DNA of 64,000 nt from the human T2T-CHM13v2.0 reference genome, Homo sapiens, in NCBI RefSeq assembly GCF_009914755.1, contig NC_060931.1. One strand, given 5' to 3'. Positions within the stretch are counted from its first letter, which is position 1. Each line of letters starts with the position of its first letter. Position numbers and translations under genes: made by a program. Under the pieces are notes generated by a model. It saw nothing but the letters and a program-made list of their open reading frames with translations. It made no database searches and had not been told where the DNA came from. Shown piece by piece: positions 60,086 through 64,000 of the stretch.

Positions 60086-60978
60086 CTATAAGGAACTTAA
60101 ACAAATAAACAAGTAAAAACCAAATAACCTCATTAAAAATGGGCAAAAGACATGAACAGATACTTCTAAAAAGAAGACATACAAGCAGCCAACAAACCTG
60201 AAAAAATGCTCATAATCACTAATCACCAGAGAAATGCCACCCAAAACCACAATGGGATACCAACTCACACCAGTCAGAATGGCTACTGTTAAGAAGTAAA
60301 AAAAAATAAATAACAGATCTGGGTGAGGCCACAGAGAAAAGGGAATGCTTATATACTGTAGGTAGGAATGTGAATTAGTTCAGCCACTATAAAGAGCAGT
60401 TTGGAGATTTCTCAGAGAACTGAGAGTTGAACTACCATGCAACCCAGCAATTCCATTACTGGGTATATATCCAAAGAAAAATAAATCATTTTCCCAAAGA
60501 CACATGTACTTGTATGTTCATCGCAGTGCTATTCACGGTAGCAAAGACGTGGAATCAACCCAGGTGACCATCAGCAGTGGATTGGATAAAGAAAATGTGG
60601 TACATATGCACCATGGAGTACTATGTAGCCATAAAAAACAAAACAATGAAAGCATGTCCTTTGAAGCAACATGGATACAGCTGGAAACCATTATCCTAAG
60701 TGAACTATGCAGAAACAGAAAACCAGATACCACATGTTCTCACTTATGAGTGGAAGCTGAACATTGGGTACAATGGTCATAAACATAGAATCAATAGACA
60801 CTGCAGAATGTAAGATCAGGGAGGGCAGGAGTGAAGGTTAATAAAAGCTACCTGTTGGGTACTATGCTCACTCCCTGAGTGATGGATCCATTCATACGCC
60901 AAGCTTCAGGATCACACAATATACCCCTTCCAAACCTGAACATGTACCCCCGATTCTAAAATAAAAATTGGGAACAAA
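60086..60978 (+). mobile_element. 5'-truncated older L1PA (PA15-17-like) 3' end, inserted into a MIR
   Basis: Perfect 15-bp TSD AAAGGTGCAGATTTT at 60071-60085 and 60979-60993. Late ORF2 plus 3'UTR. Confidence 0.88.
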
Positions 60979-62354
60979 AAAGGTGCAGATTTTTACCTAC
61001 TCTACTGCTCAAAGTTGTGAGACCCAGGGTCAGGTGAAGTTCTTTCATAAACTGTGGACTATGATGTCAATGGAACAGCTCTCTCAGCTCAGTATTTTCT
61101 CTCCTGGCCACCACCCTGTCATCCCTATACCTTCTGACTTGTGGATTGTACAGTGAGCCACTTACCCTCATTCCCTCTGGGTTTTCACATCCTTTGTTTC
61201 CCTCCATTCTCTCCCTTCCTTTTCTTTGTTCTGTAGTGTTTCCACAGAGCTGCTTCTTGGAGCTCCTATTCTACATCCCCTTTCCTTAACCAGAGAGAGC
61301 TCTCTCTTCTGCCTGATGTTTTCTGTTTCAGTTGATCTTTTTGGTGTTTGATACCATTTTAAAAATTGTTTTCATAGCTTAATTGAAGGCAGACAGTTCT
61401 ACATTTCCTCTTTGTGTTTATAAAAGCTTGGTTTGAAAAAGGGCAGTGCAGGATGTATAGGAGGTAAGAAAGAAAAGAACAGAAACCATTGGGAAGGGCT
61501 GCTATGTTCCATCTTCAAAGAAAGTAGAGCTGGGGTTAGTCCAATTGTTTGACAATTGCAAGGGAGTCTTAGTACCATAGTTTGGACAAAACCTGACTTT
61601 TTATTGCCAAAAAAATATAAGATAGAGATGGAGGTAAATGTGAATAATTCAAAGTAATGTTTAAACTTTCAGGATATTTCACCTTCTCTGGAATTAGAGA
61701 TTTATGCTAGTAAAGAGTTAGGGAGGAATTTGAAATGTTTATGTTACCAGAGTGTAAAAAACATTGTCCAGTTGTTTATCTAATCTTTCATTGGGCTTGC
61801 TTTTAAAAACACGTTTAGATTTGAAGTAGCCTGGGAAAAATAAACTGTTCCAGGCCATAACTTGATGCCCCAGTGGATATAACATGGATCCTTCTTCATT
61901 CGTTTTGAGAAATTTCCCAAGCAGACAGATGTCTTTATACCTTCTTTTGCAGTTTCTTCATCCATAAATAACTATTATCAAGAACTGGAATTACAAATGC
62001 TCTGTTATTTCTTTTTAACTTTGATTCCTACAGAAATTACTACTGGGATCTTATTTCTTCTCTGGGGTGGACATTTTGTTGTTGTACCTATTCAGTCTCA
62101 CAAATTCTCCATGTGTTTTTATCCAGTGAAATTCATTTCCTAAAGATTTGTATCAGCTAAAGCAAAGAACTTTTTGAGAACCTTTTTTGGTTCACAGAGC
62201 AGCCAGGTCTACTGGGGGAGTAGAAAGAAGAGATTCTATACTGTGTTCTGTTGTAACTGCTTTCCAACCTCCCAGCGGAAAAGGCAGATAATACTATGTA
62301 AAAATTAGAATTGATTTTGGTTTCCGTTGCTTCCTCCTAATCTCTCAGCCTAAA

Positions 62355-64000
62355 TTCATTCATTTAAGTTGACAACTAAATATCGTGTGCCTGTTGTGTG
62401 CCAAGCGCTGTTCCAAGACTTAGGATACTGTAGCCACCAAATTAGATAGAGATCCCTGCCATTTTGGAACTCTTATTCTCACAAGTGAAGACAATAAGCA
62501 ATAAGCATGATAAATAAGTGAACTATGTATGTGAGAAAGTAGTAAGTGCTAATGTTAAGTGTTACAGAAAAAGAAAATGTGTGTCAGAAAAGGGGTGGGG
62601 GCCACATGGTCATAATTTCAAATTGGGTGGTCAGGATAGGCTTTGTTCACAAGACAATTTTTGAAGAAAGACTTGAAGAAGGTGAGGGAATTATTCATGC
62701 AGAAATCAGAGGGACAAGTGTTTCAGGTAAAGGGAATGGTCAGCACCATCCCTAAAGTGGGAATGGGCCTGGTGTGTTCCAGGGACAGCAAAGAGGACAG
62801 TGAGGTGGTGTGGTAGGAGAGGAGGCTGGAGGGACCAGATCATGTGCAGCCTTTGTGCAGACATTTGCTCATTTGCTTTTCCTCTGGGTGAAATGGGGAA
62901 AGCCATTTTGAATGAAGGAATGACATGACTTTACCTTTTAAAACGATCACGGGTTACTCTTTTGAGAATAGACTATAGTGGGGGTCAGAGGTAAAAATGG
63001 GCAGTCCAGTTTAAGGGTTACTCAGAGAAGCAATTTAGCAATACAGTAATTCCCTCCTTATCCATGGAGGATGTGTTCTGAGACTCCCAGTGGTTGCCTG
63101 AAACTGCAGATAGTACTGAACCCTGTACTATGAAAAAATGTTGTGTTTTCCTATACAATAACAGGCAGGCAGCATATGCAGCATGGATGTGCTGAACAAA
63201 GGGATGAGTTACGTCCCATGCAGGATGGAGAAGGATGACCCAGGATTTCATCACACTACCCAAAACAGAGTGCAATTTAAAACTTGTGAATTATTTCTGG
63301 AATTTTTTATTTAATATTTCAGACTGTGGTTGATTGCAGGTAACTTAAACTGCAGACAGCAAAACTGCAGATTACTGTAATTCAGGTAAGAGATGATGAT
63401 AGATTGTACCAAAGTGGTAGTAGTGGTGAGAAATGGTCTTATTCTGGATATATTTCAAATGTTGAAACAATAGAATTTCCTAACAAAATGGACATGATAT
63501 GTGAGAGGAAGAAGGGAATTTAGAATGACTCTAGTAGTTTTGGCTCGAGACACTGAAAGGGTGGAGTTGAGATGGGGAAGGCTGTGGGGTGAGATGGGAA
63601 AGGTTTGTGAAGGATAAGAGTAAAGTTTGGGACATGTTGAGTTTGAGATGCTGTTAGAGATCTAAGTGGAGATATTAAGTAAGAAGTTGGGTATGAATCT
63701 GGGGTTCAGGAGAGAAATCTGGGCTGAAGTTACAAAATTAGGAGTTGTCAGCATGAAAATGTTACTTTAAAGCCAGAAGACTGGATAAAGTCACCAAGGG
63801 AGTAAGTTTAGAAAAGAGATGAGGACCAAAAACTGAGTGCTGGATATTGTAACTTTTAGGAAGTTTGGGAGAAGAGAAGGAACCAGCAAAGAATACTGAA
63901 AAAGAGCCTGCAGTGAGGTAACAGGAAAAGCAGTAGAATGTGGTATCCTAGAAGTCAAGCAAAAAAAGTTTCAAGGAAGACTGAATGATCAGCTGTGTCA
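62355..64000 (-). mobile_element. L2 LINE relic, interrupted by MER44
   Basis: TTCATTCATTT...GTGCCTGTTGTGTGCCAAGCGCTG start and purine-rich L2-like body to the window end. Confidence 0.7.
63044..63377. mobile_element. MER44A-like (Tigger-derived) MITE
   Basis: TA target duplication on both sides, terminal inverted CAGTAAT...ATTACTG, 334 bp, start resembling MER44 (CCTTATCC...CCCAGTGG.TGCCTGAAAC). Confidence 0.8.

Overview
Primate (almost certainly human) genomic DNA. It contains one protein-coding exon, a 223-bp internal + strand exon at 7868-8090 that I recognise as a late exon of BBS9/PTHB1 (BBSome core subunit). No other coding exon was recognised; the rest is intron dominated by interspersed repeats. 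These include the 5' end of a young L1PA2-like element in antisense orientation (1-1690) with dead ORF1 but intact ORF0, a 5'-inverted (twin-primed) L1PA2 with a clean TSD (22257-23673), an internally deleted two-ended L1PB with a nested Alu (15969-19630), a 5'-truncated L1PA6-like copy (49247-51977), older L1s, five Alus, THE1 and LTR18 solo LTRs, a MER44 MITE, L2/MIR/L3 relics and microsatellites. The most interesting observation is that the L1 antisense promoter points at the BBS9 exon. A substitution improves its distal antisense splice donor (CAG|GTACCT at 1587/1588), and this donor is in frame with the BBS9 exon. That predicts an L1-initiated chimeric transcript encoding a short L1-peptide::BBS9 C-terminal fusion. 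It is a hypothesis from sequence only. No CRISPR, tRNA or rRNA genes, or prokaryotic systems were seen. Repeat subfamily calls are from memory of consensus sequences, and boundaries of old repeats are approximate.
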